Below are positions 9,873 to 20,467 of a stretch of DNA of 20,825 bases, piece by piece. Location: NCBI RefSeq assembly GCF_006345805.1, contig NW_021823941.1, positions 1 through 20,825 on the forward strand, written 5' to 3'. Source of the DNA: Octopus sinensis. Taxonomy: Eukaryota. Every line of letters starts with the position of its first letter. The stretch's first letter is position 1. The notes under the pieces are model-generated. The model worked only from the letters and a program-made list of their open reading frames with translations, was not told the DNA's origin and did no database searches. Position numbers and translations under genes: made by a program.

Positions 9873-10528
9873 GTATGTATGTATGTATGTATGTATGTAT
9901 GTATGTATGTATGTATGTATGTATGTATGTACGTATGGATGTATGTATGTTTGTACGTATGTATGTGTGTATGTGTGTGTGTATGTATGTATGTATGTAT
10001 GTATGTATGTATGTATGCATGTATGTGTGTATGTGTGTATGTATGTATGTGTGTATGTGTGTGTATGTATGTGTGTATATGTGTATGTCTGTATGTATGT
10101 GTGTATGTATGTATGTGTGTGTGTATGCATGTATGCATATGTGTATGTATGTATGTATGTATGTATGTATGTATGTGTGTGTATGTATGTATGTATGTAT
10201 GTGTGTGTATGTATGTATGTATGTATGTATGTATGTATGTATGCACGTATGTATGTATATGTGTGTGTATGTATGTATGTATGTATGTATGTGTGTATAT
10301 GTGTATGTATGTATGTATGTATGTGTGTATGTATGTATGTATGTGTGTGTGTATGTATGTATGCATATGTGTATGTATGTATGTATGTATGTATGTATGT
10401 ATGTATGTATATGTGTGTGTGTATGTATGTATGTATGTATGTATGTATGCATGTATGTATGTATGTATGTATGTATGTATGTATGCATGTATGTATGTAT
10501 GTGTGGGTATGTATGTGTGTGTGTGTGC
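9873..10528. repeat. Long (GTAT)n microsatellite interspersed with (GT)n
   Basis: Directly visible; source of the HTYI/MYVC ORFs. Confidence 0.97.
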
Positions 10529-10532
10529 GTAT

Positions 10533-10745
10533 ATTTTACTTGTTCCAGTCATTTCGCTGCGGCCATGCTGGAGCACCGACTGGAAGGGTTTTAGCCGAAT
10601 AACTTGACCTCGGGACTTTATTTTAAAGCCTGGTATTTATTCTACAGGTCCCTTTTGCCGAACCGCTAAGTTACAGGGACGTAAGCACACCAACACCAGT
10701 TGTCAAGCGGTAATGTGGGGACAAACGCAGACACAAAGACACACA
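10533..10745 (-). mobile_element. Family A SINE 3' half
   Basis: TTTTACTTGTTCCAGTCAT..GCGGCCATGCTGGAGCACC..GCCGAACCGCTAAGT..GGGGACAAAC. Confidence 0.85.
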
Positions 10746-10748
10746 TAG

Positions 10749-10810
<62 letters not shown>

Positions 10811-10950
10811 AAACCAGAGTAAGCACATGAATGTGAACAGATGAAAAAATAGTTCTCGAATACCGGAGGGTAGGTAATATGATTATAATAAAGCTGCAAA
10901 GACCTCACAAAAACTGTTACCTAGTGTTCCATTCGTCAGACTTTTTTGGT
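10811..10950 (-). mobile_element. Microsatellite-bounded module homologous to 19524-19672, with decayed hammerhead
   Basis: Shared AATGTGAA..AATACC.GAG..GTAATATG..CTG.TAC..TTCGTC.G; minus strand keeps CTGACGA and GTA but has lost GAAA; flanked by (ATCT)n and (TA)n. Confidence 0.65.
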
Positions 10951-11007
10951 TATATATATACTATACTATAATATATATATTACGTATATATATATATATA
11001 TCTATAT

Positions 11008-11047
<40 letters not shown>

Positions 11048-11192
11048 TATATATTATATATAGAGGCATTATCATACATGCCAGATGCATTATACATACA
11101 TGCCACACGCTAAGAGGACAATAGTCATTTCTACAACAGTATTACTAATCCCACCGAATGCAATTTTTCAAAGTAAGACATTTAAAAATATA

Positions 11193-11236
11193 GACCTGTA
11201 TCACAGTGATTCATACTTACGTATCATCAGCAGGCC
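11193..11236 (-). ncRNA. Near-intact minimal type I hammerhead motif
   Basis: Minus: GGCCTG-CTGATGA-TAC-GTAA-GTAT-GAA-TCACTGTGA-TA-CAGGTC; 6-bp stem I, GNRA-capped stem II, near-palindromic stem III ATCAC-T-GTGAT; GAAA is one A short. Confidence 0.7.
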
Positions 11237-11453
11237 TGGATGATCATACATAAACGACCCTGCCTCGCTAGCCGATCAGCTAACTGATCAACATCAACGA
11301 AGCACATGGGTGAGTTTACATATATTAAATCCTGTAAATGTCAGACTTTTTACGATTGCATTTCGGGAAAGGAAAAGTTTTTTCGGAATAAAAATTAGCA
11401 ATTAAGGACAACTACTTAATAAGGAAAACTTAACAAGAAATGTCAGGTAGATT

Positions 11454-11577
<124 letters not shown>

Positions 11578-11672
11578 GTCCGTCCGTATATGTATGCGTT
11601 TACACTTTTTACCCAAGAAGTTAATATAGATCCATATTGGTCAATTAATTACGATTGGTTAATGTGTGAGTG

Positions 11673-11768
11673 GTGGAGGCACATGGCCTAGTGGTTAGAG
11701 CAGGGATCACGGGTTCGAATCTCAGACCGGGCGATGTGTGTGTTTATGAGGGAAACACCTCAGCTCTA
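11673..11768 (+). mobile_element. 3'-truncated, internally deleted family B SINE head
   Basis: GTGGAGGCACATGGCCTAGTGGTTAGAGCAG..GGTTCGAATCTCAGACCGGGCG. Confidence 0.85.
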
Positions 11769-12206
11769 GGGCTCGCAAAAAAACCCGATTATTCCCAAAC
11801 CGAGTTTAAGTATAAGTAATTCTCAAAAAAACACTTCTGTCAAAGTGCGTTTACCTGCGGGTGGAAACCACGTATGAAAACTGTTTCAAACGAAACGTTA
11901 TTCACCCCCAGGGCTTCTGCACTTTCCTCCAAAACTCGTCATTTCCGATTTCCAGGTATGACGAATTCCAGGAAATTGAGACAACCGTGCTGTGACACAT
12001 TCTTTTCTTGACACATCAGCACGAAGGATATCGGCGTATTTTGTCGATTCAATTCTTTTAGAATAAAAACAAACGCATTGACTTCTACAGAGATCAACAC
12101 TGCATCCATTCAACCTAGTTTTTCCAACTCAGTTCTAACTGGTTCCAATACTGAAGAGCATTAAATTGTCTGGAAAGTGAAGAGGTTTCAGTCTTTCACT
12201 TTCAAT

Positions 12207-12428
12207 AAGGCAGCGAACTGGCAGAAACGTTAGCACGCCGGGCGAAATGCGTAGCCGTAACGTTCTGAGTTCAAATTCCGCCGAGGTCGACTTTGCCTTT
12301 CATCCTTTCGGGGTCGATAAATTAAGTACCAGTTACGCACTGGGGTCGATGTAATCGACTTAATCCCTTTGTCTGTCCTTGTTTGTCCCCTCTATGTTTA
12401 GCCCCTTGTGGGTAATAAAGAAATAGGT
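12207..12428 (+). mobile_element. SINE family C, best-preserved copy
   Basis: AAGGCAGCGAACTGGCAGAAACGTTAG head, GAGTTCAAATTCC B-box, GCCTTTCATCCTTTCGGGGTCGATAAATTAAGTACCAG core, AATAAAGAAATA end. Confidence 0.9.
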
Positions 12429-12444
12429 ATACACTCATTAAAAA

Positions 12445-12587
12445 TTCAAATACGCCATTCGTCAAAAACTGCTGCCATTCCACATGAAATGTCCCATCGA
12501 ATTATGGACAACTTTCGTGAACGCCTTCGACAGTGTGTGGACCTGAACAGCACCCACTTGACTGATTTAATTCTTAAAACCAAATGA
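12445..12587 (+). pseudogene. Tc1/mariner-superfamily transposase C-terminal fragment
   Basis: With one frameshift: KYAIRQ/AAIPHEMSHRIMDNFRERLRQCVDLNSTHLTDLILKTK*, resembling the R(L)xxCxxxxGxH terminus. Confidence 0.7.
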
Positions 12588-12654
12588 AGCAAACTGGCAT
12601 TATATGTACATTTCGTAAAAAAAAAAAAAAAAAAAACACAGTTTTCGTTCTTTA

Positions 12655-13733
12655 CTCAGTTTATTGGTTGTCAGCATCATATCCTTGATGGAGTTCTTCG
12701 AGTTGTAATGGATAATAAATTTGGGAGAAAAAAAGTCATCTCCCAATACTGAATATACATTCATCTCAGAGCTTCTAATTAATTAGGAGAAACTCCAGGT
12801 TAATATTAATAATAGTGAAGAAAAGATTACTGAGTCAGCAAGATGGCAAGATGACATGAAATTTCTATTGCATTTGACCAGAGTTTTTCGGTTTTTTTAA
12901 GAAACCGGCAAATTTCCTACAGTAAAGTTTCAAAAAATACCCAACATAAGTAATGAAAGATGGAATTCTCGAGCAATACTACTATTCTGGCATTTATTCT
13001 TCTACCAGAGAAAAGAGTTTTGCTTCTCAATGTTTGTCAATTCATCTCTTATAGCTGGGCAGATGTTTGGTTTACTGACCAAATGTTCAATGCACATGAT
13101 TATCAGAAGTTATGTGGAAGTCTGCAAGTTCATAAAAAGATTTTACATTGAAATCTGTAAAATCTTTTGGAGTCGAGAAGCATCAAAACTGGAAATTCGC
13201 AGAACAAATCAGATTGCAGAACGGGCAATCAAGTTCCTTCAAGATCTTTATGATGTTTGTAAAAAGAAGGAGAATACTCAGCTTCGATTAATTTTATCTA
13301 ACAAAACATATTAATTCTTTGTTGTTTAAAAGTTTGCTAGCATTCAACACCCTTTTCCTTATACAGTTATTTAAAACTGGAATTAAAGCTCTAAAGTTAA
13401 AAATATGTATGTTATCCAATGCTTGCAATGGACTCTGACTTAAAATAGCCTATTTTTGAACCCTTGCATAGAGCAATTTCATGTCAGTAATCTTTAAAAT
13501 GTATAAATACACTTTTATTCTACATCTCTCTTGCGTCTACAAGGATTTAGGCAGCGGAAATACTGAAGTGTGAATCTAGTGCCACCTAGTGATTATAGTT
13601 TTAAAAGCCCGTAACTCCGGAACTACTTCAACTAGAAAGCTGAAATTTCAGATATACAATTTCTGCATTGTATTGAGTAAGCACACCAACTTTGGTAAAA
13701 ACTAGAGCAGGCGTTATGACCCCAATCCCTCTA
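12655..13733 (+). mobile_element. hATm-like DNA transposon 3' portion; transposase pseudogene about 12655-13314
   Basis: IGCQHHILD (CxxH), QDDMKFL, SNERWNSRAI (RW motif) and TNQIAERAIK (catalytic E motif) in order with stops and frameshifts; candidate terminus ...CCCTCTA at 13733. Subgroup assignment is from memory. Confidence 0.65.
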
Positions 13734-13916
13734 GAATTTTGCATGATTTTGTTCAAATGAGGTGATAGATTTCTTAAGTTGGGGGTGATGTGTTTTTCAA
13801 ATAAAGTAAAATAAATGTTAGTTTCCAGACTATTATAAAATTATTCATCGAATATAGGGTTATTAGGTTGTGAAAAAGTCATAACCCTAATATATACATG
13901 TGTGTGTGGTGTGTGT

Positions 13917-13951
<35 letters not shown>

Positions 13952-13955
<4 letters not shown>

Positions 13956-14247
13956 AGGCGCAATGGCCCAGTGGTTAAGGCAGCGGTCTCGCGGTCGTAG
14001 GATCGCGGTTTCGATTCTCAGACCGGGCGTTGTGAGTGTTTATTGAGCAAAAACACCTAAAGCTCCACGAGTCTCCGACAGGGGGGGGCGGTCCCTGCTG
14101 CACTCTTTCGCCACAACTTTCTCTCACTCTTTCTTCTGTTGGCCTGCTCGCTTAGCCAGCGGGGTGGCGTCGTTTGAAGGCTAAAACAATGCGAAGCGCA
14201 TTGTGACCAGCGATGTGTAGTAACATCTGATAGTCTGGTCGGTCACG

Positions 14248-14251
<4 letters not shown>
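13952..14251 (+). mobile_element. SINE family B, tail type 3, between (GT)n and (TA)n
   Basis: Same head and ACTCTTTC.CCACAACTTTCTCTCACTCTT body, then an unrelated tail ending GGTCGGTCACGGTGA. Confidence 0.85.
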
Positions 14252-14279
<28 letters not shown>

Positions 14280-14284
14280 ACATA

Positions 14285-14437
14285 TATACGGCAGGCTCTT
14301 TCAAATTCCGCCTACCAAATCCACTGACAATGCCTGCTCAATGCTTAGTAGAAGACATTTGCCGAAGGTTTCACGCAGCAGGACTGAACACAGAACAATG
14401 AGATTGGGAAGCTAACTTCTTACCACACAGCCACGCC
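14285..14437 (-). mobile_element. Diverged family A SINE 5' half
   Basis: TTCCGCCTACCAAATCCACT..GTAGAAGACA..GGACTGAAC..CTTACCACACAGCCAC. Confidence 0.75.
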
Positions 14438-14479
14438 AACACCCAGTAACATTGTAACTGCTTAAATTTTTCTCCGTCA

Positions 14480-14765
14480 GTGAGGTCTTCGGCAATACGA
14501 GATATTTCACTAAATTACATTTACTGCAGATCGACAAAATTGTTAACCAAATTCCTAATTGCATTATCCCAAAAGTTCTTTCGAATTCATCGTAGTCGCA
14601 GCAAGAGTCTTTAAGGTAAATTAGCTTAATCACAATTTGATTAAATATAATTGTAAAGAGCATCACAAACGGCCAAAGATCCCCACGAGCATAATGCTCA
14701 CTATTAACATCATTAAGAAATTTAACAATAACACTTGCTCCGTCACGTAAAATAAATATTTTTAA
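14480..14765 (-). pseudogene. hAT transposase catalytic-region fragment
   Basis: DGASVIVKF...EHYARG then, after a frameshift, LAVCDALY; resembles the hAT DGAS...CxAHxxxLAV block. Confidence 0.55.
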
Positions 14766-14801
14766 TCGTATAAAGTAACTAACATATATATATATATACA
14801 T

Positions 14802-15163
14802 AGGCGCAGGAGTAGCTGTGTGGTAAGTAGCTTGTTTACCAACCTCATGGTTCCGGGTTCAGTCCCACTGCGTGGCACCTTGGGCAAGTCTCTTCTACTA
14901 TAGCCTTGTGAGTGGATTTGGTAGACGGAAACTGAAAGAAGCCCGTCATATGCGTGTGTGTGTTTGTGTGTCTGTGTTTGTCCCCCTAGCATTGCTTGAC
15001 AACCGAAGCTGGTATGTTTATGTCCCCGTTACTTAGCGGTTCGGCAAAAGAGTACTGGGCTTACAAAAGAATAAATCCCGGGGTCGAGTTGCTCGATTAA
15101 AGGCGGTACTCCAGCATGGCCGCAGTCAAATGACTGAAACAAGTAAAAGAGAGTAAAAGAGAA
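14802..15163 (+). mobile_element. SINE family A, near full length with small deletions
   Basis: AGGCGCAGGAGTAGCTGTGTGG to GTAAAAGAGAGTAAAAGAGA. Confidence 0.9.
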
Positions 15164-15340
15164 TATATATTGGAGGGAAACTACTATGTGGGCACCCTTA
15201 TGCTAGAAATAGATCCGCTATGGTCTTATCACTAAGAAATGTTCTCAAGAAACGCAATCGAGCAAGACAAAAGAAAAAGCAATAAAAATATGGATTATTC
15301 GCATACATGTTTCACTATTAAAATTATATATATATATATA

Positions 15341-15462
15341 TTCTTTTATTCTTTTATTTGTTTCAGTCATTTGACTGCGGCCATGCTGGAGCACCGCCTT
15401 CAGTCGGTCGAGCAAATCGCCCCAGGACCTATTCTTTGTAAGCCTAATACTTATTCTATTGA
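15341..15462 (-). mobile_element. Family A SINE 3' fragment
   Basis: TGTTTCAGTCATTTGACTGCGGCCATGCTGGAGCACCGCC..ATTCTTTGTAAGCC. Confidence 0.85.
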
Positions 15463-15789
15463 TCTCGTTTTCAGAATAGCCATTGACTCTTCTTCTGAGT
15501 TCCTGTGCCCTTTGCCGGGTATTGTTTTTAATTCTGCAGGGTGTCGAAAATCCGCTCTCCTCACCACACAAGCTTAGCGGGATTGCCGGTTTAGTCACCG
15601 ACGAATCGACGGTTTCACAACGCCGCTTGTTAATCATTCTGTTTAATTATTTACTTGTTCACTATTACAAGTTCACTATTACTACGATAATCCCTATCTT
15701 ATTATTCAGTTGTTCACTACTATAGTTTACTTTATGGTAAACTTATTAGGTTATTTTTCTGTATTATCTGAAATAGAATACCCGCATAT

Positions 15790-16171
15790 CGATTACTCCC
15801 CCAAAATTGAATAGACTGGGACCACGGGCCATACGTCCCCTGCCCAATTCAAGATCACAGCATACATGTACACTACAACATAATTTCTTTTCCTCAACAG
15901 GCCCTGCCCTATTTAACATTGTCCCGAAAGAGATCAAAGAGGAAAAGGATCCCATCAACTTTAAACGGAGTCTGGATAGATTCCTTCAAGGAATACCAGA
16001 TAAGTCACCCATAATTGGATACTACTCACCCAACAAAAACTCACTACTTGAATGGACCATAAACAAAACTTGACTTAAACAGAATTCAAATAATCCTATC
16101 AGGTGGTGCTATTAAGTTAGACATGGCTTGGACCAATCTTTGGTCGAAACATATCTAAGTTTATCTAAGTT
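15790..16171 (+). mobile_element. 5'-truncated CR1/L2-like LINE 3' end
   Basis: ORF 15807-16073 FFSSTGPALFNIVPKEI..FKRSLDRFLQGIPD resembles an ORF2 C-terminus; 3' UTR hairpin GACCAA-TCT-TTGGTC (16131-16145); tail (TATCTAAGTT)x2. Confidence 0.8.
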
Positions 16172-16172
16172 T

Positions 16173-16345
16173 ATATATATACTTGTGGCCATACATACAT
16201 GCATACATATATGCATACATACACATATATACATACATACATATATATAAATATATATATATGTGTGTATGTATGTATGTATGTATGTATGTATGTATGT
16301 ATGTATGTATGTATGTATGTATGTATGTATGCATGTATGTATATG
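16173..16345. repeat. Opposed (TACA)n/(TA)n/(TATG)n microsatellites
   Basis: Directly visible. Confidence 0.9.
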
Positions 16346-16416
16346 TAACCACTTGTGAATCGTGGGCGATTTTTTTCTTCCATCTTCCTTTTCTATTGGA
16401 CTTTCTTCTGTCGCCT

Positions 16417-16451
16417 GTTTCTGAAGAAGAGCTTTGCTCGAAACGTAAAAC
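16417..16451 (+). ncRNA. Minimal type I hammerhead ribozyme motif with full core
   Basis: GTTT-CTGAAGA-A-GAGC(TTT)GCTC-GAAACGTA-AAAC; 4-bp stem I, 4-bp stem II, palindromic stem III ACGT, triplet GUA ending 16447. Confidence 0.8.
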
Positions 16452-16648
16452 CACCAATCTTTCCTTCCCTGAGCATCTGCTAATACTTTACATGTAACAC
16501 GTCCTCACGTTGTTTTTTTTTGTGTGTTTGTTCTTCGTTTTCTTGGGATTTGCTGTATTATTATATATATATATATGTATATGTGTTGTGTGTGTGGTGT
16601 GTGTGTGTGTGTGTGTTGCATACATTCATACATTCATACATTTATACA

Positions 16649-16679
<31 letters not shown>

Positions 16680-16724
16680 TTATGTGTGGGGGGTCGGTGG
16701 GGGATCGGTGTGTGTGTGTGGTAT

Positions 16725-16960
16725 GCATATATCTATGTGTTTGCCAACCCCCACCCTTCACAACTGCTTGATAACCATTGTTGGTTTTTTTACGTCCCCC
16801 GTAACATATCAGCTTGGCAAAAAATACCAATAAAATAAACACCAAGCTTTAAAAAAAAAAAAGAGACAATCAGTCCTGGGGCCGATTCGTTCGACTAAAA
16901 CCCTTCAAGGCAGTGCCCCAGCATGGCCGCAGCCCAAAGACTGATACACGTAAAAGATAA
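16725..16960 (+). mobile_element. Diverged family A-related SINE 3' half
   Basis: TGCTTGATAACC..TACGTCCCCGTAAC..CCAGCATGGCCGCAG..GTAAAAGATAAA. Confidence 0.7.
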
Positions 16961-16964
16961 ATAA

Positions 16965-17320
16965 AAACATCTTCAGTCTCTTTTAGTTATGTCATTAATC
17001 ATTTGCATATAAAATGAGAGCCATTCTTTGACAAAACCAACTGTTTACCTGTAATAGTTCTCTATACAAAAGCACTTTTAACTATCGTATTCATGGAAAA
17101 TGCCATCAATAGCAGCTAATTTGGAAAGTATTTCTTCCATAGTTTCAATCTGTTTTTCCATAACGAAGGCTATTTGACTGTTGGTCGATTCTTTTCGGAG
17201 AAGGTTGGACCATTTCAGTAGTACTAGTTTCTTGGTGAAAAATCTTTTCAGAGATAAACTAGTACAAAAACCGATTGAAGAACCACCAGAACATTTCAAG
17301 ACTTTCTTGCCTTTTATAAT
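16965..17320 (-). pseudogene. hAT transposase N-terminal fragment (BED-finger-like plus following helix region)
   Basis: KVLKCSGGSSIG (BED-like GSTS motif) and ETMEEILSKLAAIDG, then after a frameshift SMNTIVKSAF..LVLSKN. Confidence 0.5.
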
Positions 17321-17337
17321 TAGGTTTTTAAATAATG

Positions 17338-17466
17338 ATTCGAATTTTGGCACAACGCCCGCAATTTCAGCGGGGGTGCGGTGGGGTTTAAGTCGACTAC
17401 ATCGACTCCAGTGTTCAGCTGGGGTACTTATTTTATCGACTCCCGAAAGGATGAAGGGCAAAATCC
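17338..17466 (-). mobile_element. Family C SINE 3' part running into the minisatellite
   Basis: AAGTCGACTACATCGACTCCAGTG..GGTACTTATTTTATCGACTCCCGAAAGGATGAAGGGCAAAATC. Confidence 0.85.
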
Positions 17467-18135
17467 GATGAAAGGCAAAGTCTGATGAAAGGCCAAAGTC
17501 TGATGAAAGGCAAAGTCTGGTGAGAGGCAAAGTCTGATGAAAGGCAAAGTCTGATGAAAGACAAAATCTGATGAAAGGCAAAGTCTGATGAAAGGCAAAG
17601 TCTGGTGAGAGGCAAAGTCTGATGAAAGGCAAAATCTGATGAAAGGCAAAGTCTGATGAAAGGCAAAATCCGATGAAAGGCAAAATCTGATGAAAGACAA
17701 AACCTGATGAGAGGCAAAGTCTGATGAGAGGCAAAGTCTAATGAAAGGCAAAATTTGATGAAAGGCAAAGTCTAATGAAAGGCAAAATTTGATGAAAGGC
17801 AAAATTTGATGAAAGGCAAAATCTAATGAAAGACAAAACCTGATGAGAGGCAAAGTCTGATGAAAGGCAAAATATGATGAAAGGCAAAGTCTGATGAAAG
17901 GCCAAGTCTGATGAAAGGCAAAATCCGATGAAAGGCAAAATCTGATGAAAGGCAAAATCTGATGAAAGACAAAACCTGATGAGAGGCAAAGTCTGATGAG
18001 AGGCAAAGTCTAATGAAAGGCAAAGTCTGATGAAAGGCAAAATTTGATGAAAGGCAAAATTTGATGAAAGGCAAAGGCAAAATCTGATAATAGTCAAAGT
18101 CTGATAAAAGGCAAAGTCCGATGAAAGGCAAAATT
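17450..18135. repeat. 17-bp minisatellite, consensus GATGAAAGGCAAARTCT, about 40 copies
   Basis: Directly visible; the unit matches the reverse complement of SINE C GACTTTGCCTTTCATC plus one base. Confidence 0.95.
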
Positions 18136-18327
18136 TATGTGGTCAATTAACAAACAAGAAATTGTGGCCGAATGTTCCTCAGTTCACGTTGTGTTGTTAA
18201 GGACAACGCTTGATGCGGACATAGATAGATAGGCAGCGTATGAGCAAATGATTGGATTGTCACGTCCAGAAAGAAGCATTCTGTTGATCGTGGATTTCGC
18301 TGCATCGGAACTGCGAGCTAAATGAGC

Positions 18328-18800
18328 AACATCATCACCATCACCACCACCATCACCACCACCACATCAATAACACCAAAACCACCACCACCACCACCAC
18401 CACCACCACCACCCCGCCGCCGCCGCCGCCGTCACCACCACCATCACCACCACCACCACAACCAACACCACCGCCACCACCACCACCACCACCGCCACCA
18501 CCGCCACCACACACCACCACCACCACCACCACCACCACCACCCCACCCCGCCACCTCCACCACCACCACCACCACCGCCACCACCCACCACCACCACCAC
18601 CGCCACCACCACCACCAACACCGCCACCACCACCACCCACCACCACCACCACCACAACCACCACCACCACCACCTCCTCCTCCTCCTACAACCCCCACCA
18701 TCAACACCACCACAGTCATCGCAAACAATACAAACATACCATCACTGCCACCAGCAACAGCTCCACCAGCACCACGACGACCACGACGACCACCACCACA
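18328..18800. repeat. Imperfect (CAC)n/(CGC)n trinucleotide tract
   Basis: Directly visible; yields poly-P/H/T ORFs. Confidence 0.92.
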
Positions 18801-19129
18801 AATAATCAATATCATTGTCACAACCTCTCGCCCCGGTCCCACGATTAACATATGGTGAATATCACTGATAGGAATCTCAGTAAATAATCCATACATTTAC
18901 AGCTATATATATATACATACACACGCACACACACACACCCATATTATATATATATAGGGAGGGAGAGAGAGAGAGAGAGAGAGGGGAGGGAGAGAGAGAG
19001 AAACAGACAGACAGACAGAATGAAGAATAGATGTATTGGCTCCTTTCAGCTGCCATCTTCCCATCCACTTACTGCTTTCTTCTATGATCTTTTGTGAAAC
19101 ATCGATTATATATATAATATATATATATC

Positions 19130-19190
<61 letters not shown>

Positions 19191-19440
19191 GGGATCACCA
19201 CCACTTTGTAATCTCTCCTTCTCCCTAGCACTCCCATGTGACCCTTCTGTCCGCCCTCGCCATGATAGTTCCTAGCCACTACACATTCTTTATTTTCTCT
19301 CCTTGTTTCTTTCTGTGCTCCTTTGAGGAAGGCGTAGGCTCGAATGCTAAAGACTTTTTCACTTCCCGAGCGTTATATACTAATACAGCTGTTTGTTGTC
19401 TAAACCACCTGTCTTCGTCTTTTTTTTGTGATTCTCCCCT
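19191..19440 (+). mobile_element. (TA)n-bounded module distantly related to 16346-16555, with decayed hammerhead
   Basis: CTTT-GAGGAAGGCGTAGGCTCGAATGCT-AAAG (19321-19352) followed by CTTCCCGAGC..CTAATAC, as downstream of the 16417 motif. Confidence 0.5.
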
Positions 19441-19445
19441 TATAT

Positions 19446-19497
<52 letters not shown>

Positions 19498-19626
19498 ATA
19501 TATATATATGATATATATATATACCTGATAGCAACATAAATGTGAAACAAGGTGGAAAAAAGAGTACTCAAATACCAGAGATAGAGTAATATGCTTTATT
19601 TAAAAGCAGCAGAAATGTAACAAAAG

Positions 19627-19662
19627 CTGATACTCAGTTTCACGTTCCCGTTCGTCGGCCAG
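19627..19662 (-). ncRNA. Minimal type I hammerhead ribozyme motif (U4C variant)
   Basis: Minus: CTGG-CCGACGA-ACG(GGAA)CGT-GAAAC-TGA-GTA-TCAG; 4-bp stem I with one G-U, GNRA-capped stem II, near-palindromic stem III ACTGAGT; AATAAA about 30 nt downstream (19595-19600). Confidence 0.75.
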
Positions 19663-19725
19663 TTTTGTTAAAATATATATACATATGTGTGTATGTATGT
19701 ATGTATGTATGTATGTATGTATGTA

Positions 19726-20123
19726 TGGCTGTGTGGTAAGTAGCTTGCTTACCATCCACATGGTTCTGGGTTCAGTCCCATTGCGTGGCACCTTGGGCAA
19801 GTGTCTTCTACTATAGCCTCGGGCCGACCAAAGCCTTGTGAGTGGATTTGGTAGACGGAAACTGAATGAAGCCCGTCGTATATATGTATACATATGTGTG
19901 TATGTGTTTGCGTGTCCGTGTTTGTCCCCCCAACATCGCTTGACAACCGATGCTGGTGTGTTTACGTACCCGTAACTTAGCGGTTCGGCAAAATTGACCG
20001 ATAGAATAAGTACTAGGTTACAAAGAATAAGTCCTAGGGTCGATTTGCTCGGCTAAAGGGGTGCTCCAGCATGGCCGCAGTTAAATGACTGAAACAAGTA
20101 AAAGAGTAAAAGGGTAAAAAGAG
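19726..20123 (+). mobile_element. SINE family A, near full length
   Basis: TGGCTGTGTGGTAAGTAGC to GTAAAAGAGTAAAAGGGTAAAAAGAGA. Confidence 0.9.
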
Positions 20124-20178
20124 AATATATATATATACACACACACACCACACCACACACACACACACACACACACAC

Positions 20179-20388
20179 AACCGATGCTGGTGTGCATGAC
20201 AACCGATGCTGGTTTGCTTATGTCCCAGTAACAGCGGTTCAGCAAAACAGTCCGATAGAATAAGTACTAGGTTTACAAAGAATAAAGTTCTGGGGGGTCG
20301 GGGTTGATTTCTTCGACTAAAATACCCTTTGAGGTGGTGCTCCAGCATGGCCGCAGTCAAATGCCCGGAACAAGAAAGAATGATAGAA
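20179..20388 (+). mobile_element. Family A SINE 3' half with duplicated ACAACCGATGCTGGT
   Basis: GCGGTTCAGCAAAA..GATAGAATAAGTACTAGG..GGTGCTCCAGCATGGCCGCAGTCAAATG. Confidence 0.85.
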
Positions 20389-20417
20389 TATATATATATA
20401 TATATATATATATCTAT

Positions 20418-20467
<50 letters not shown>

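Noticed and set aside
9665-10607. Long ORFs of 229-303 aa
   Set aside because: Stop-free translations of the (GTAT)n microsatellite.
11780-12200. Possible retroelement ORF1 remnant on minus; CTGAAGA...GAAA at 12151-12176
   Set aside because: No recognisable protein motif; hammerhead stems and cleavage triplet cannot be formed.
15598-15615. CCGACGA core-like word
   Set aside because: No downstream GAAA, stem II or stem I partner.
16125-16155. Hairpin followed by GAAAC resembling a hammerhead half
   Set aside because: No upstream CUGANGA; better explained as a LINE 3' stem-loop before the tail repeats.
17450-18135. Repeated CTGATGA, GAAA and GTC as a hammerhead or C/D-box array; ORFs of 100-218 aa
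   Set aside because: GAAA does not follow stem II and stems I/III do not pair; the words arise from the SINE-derived unit junction, and the ORFs are repeat translations.
18322-18858. Pro/His/Thr-rich 178-aa ORF
   Set aside because: Frame-switching homopolymers from a (CAC)n tract with no supporting gene structure.
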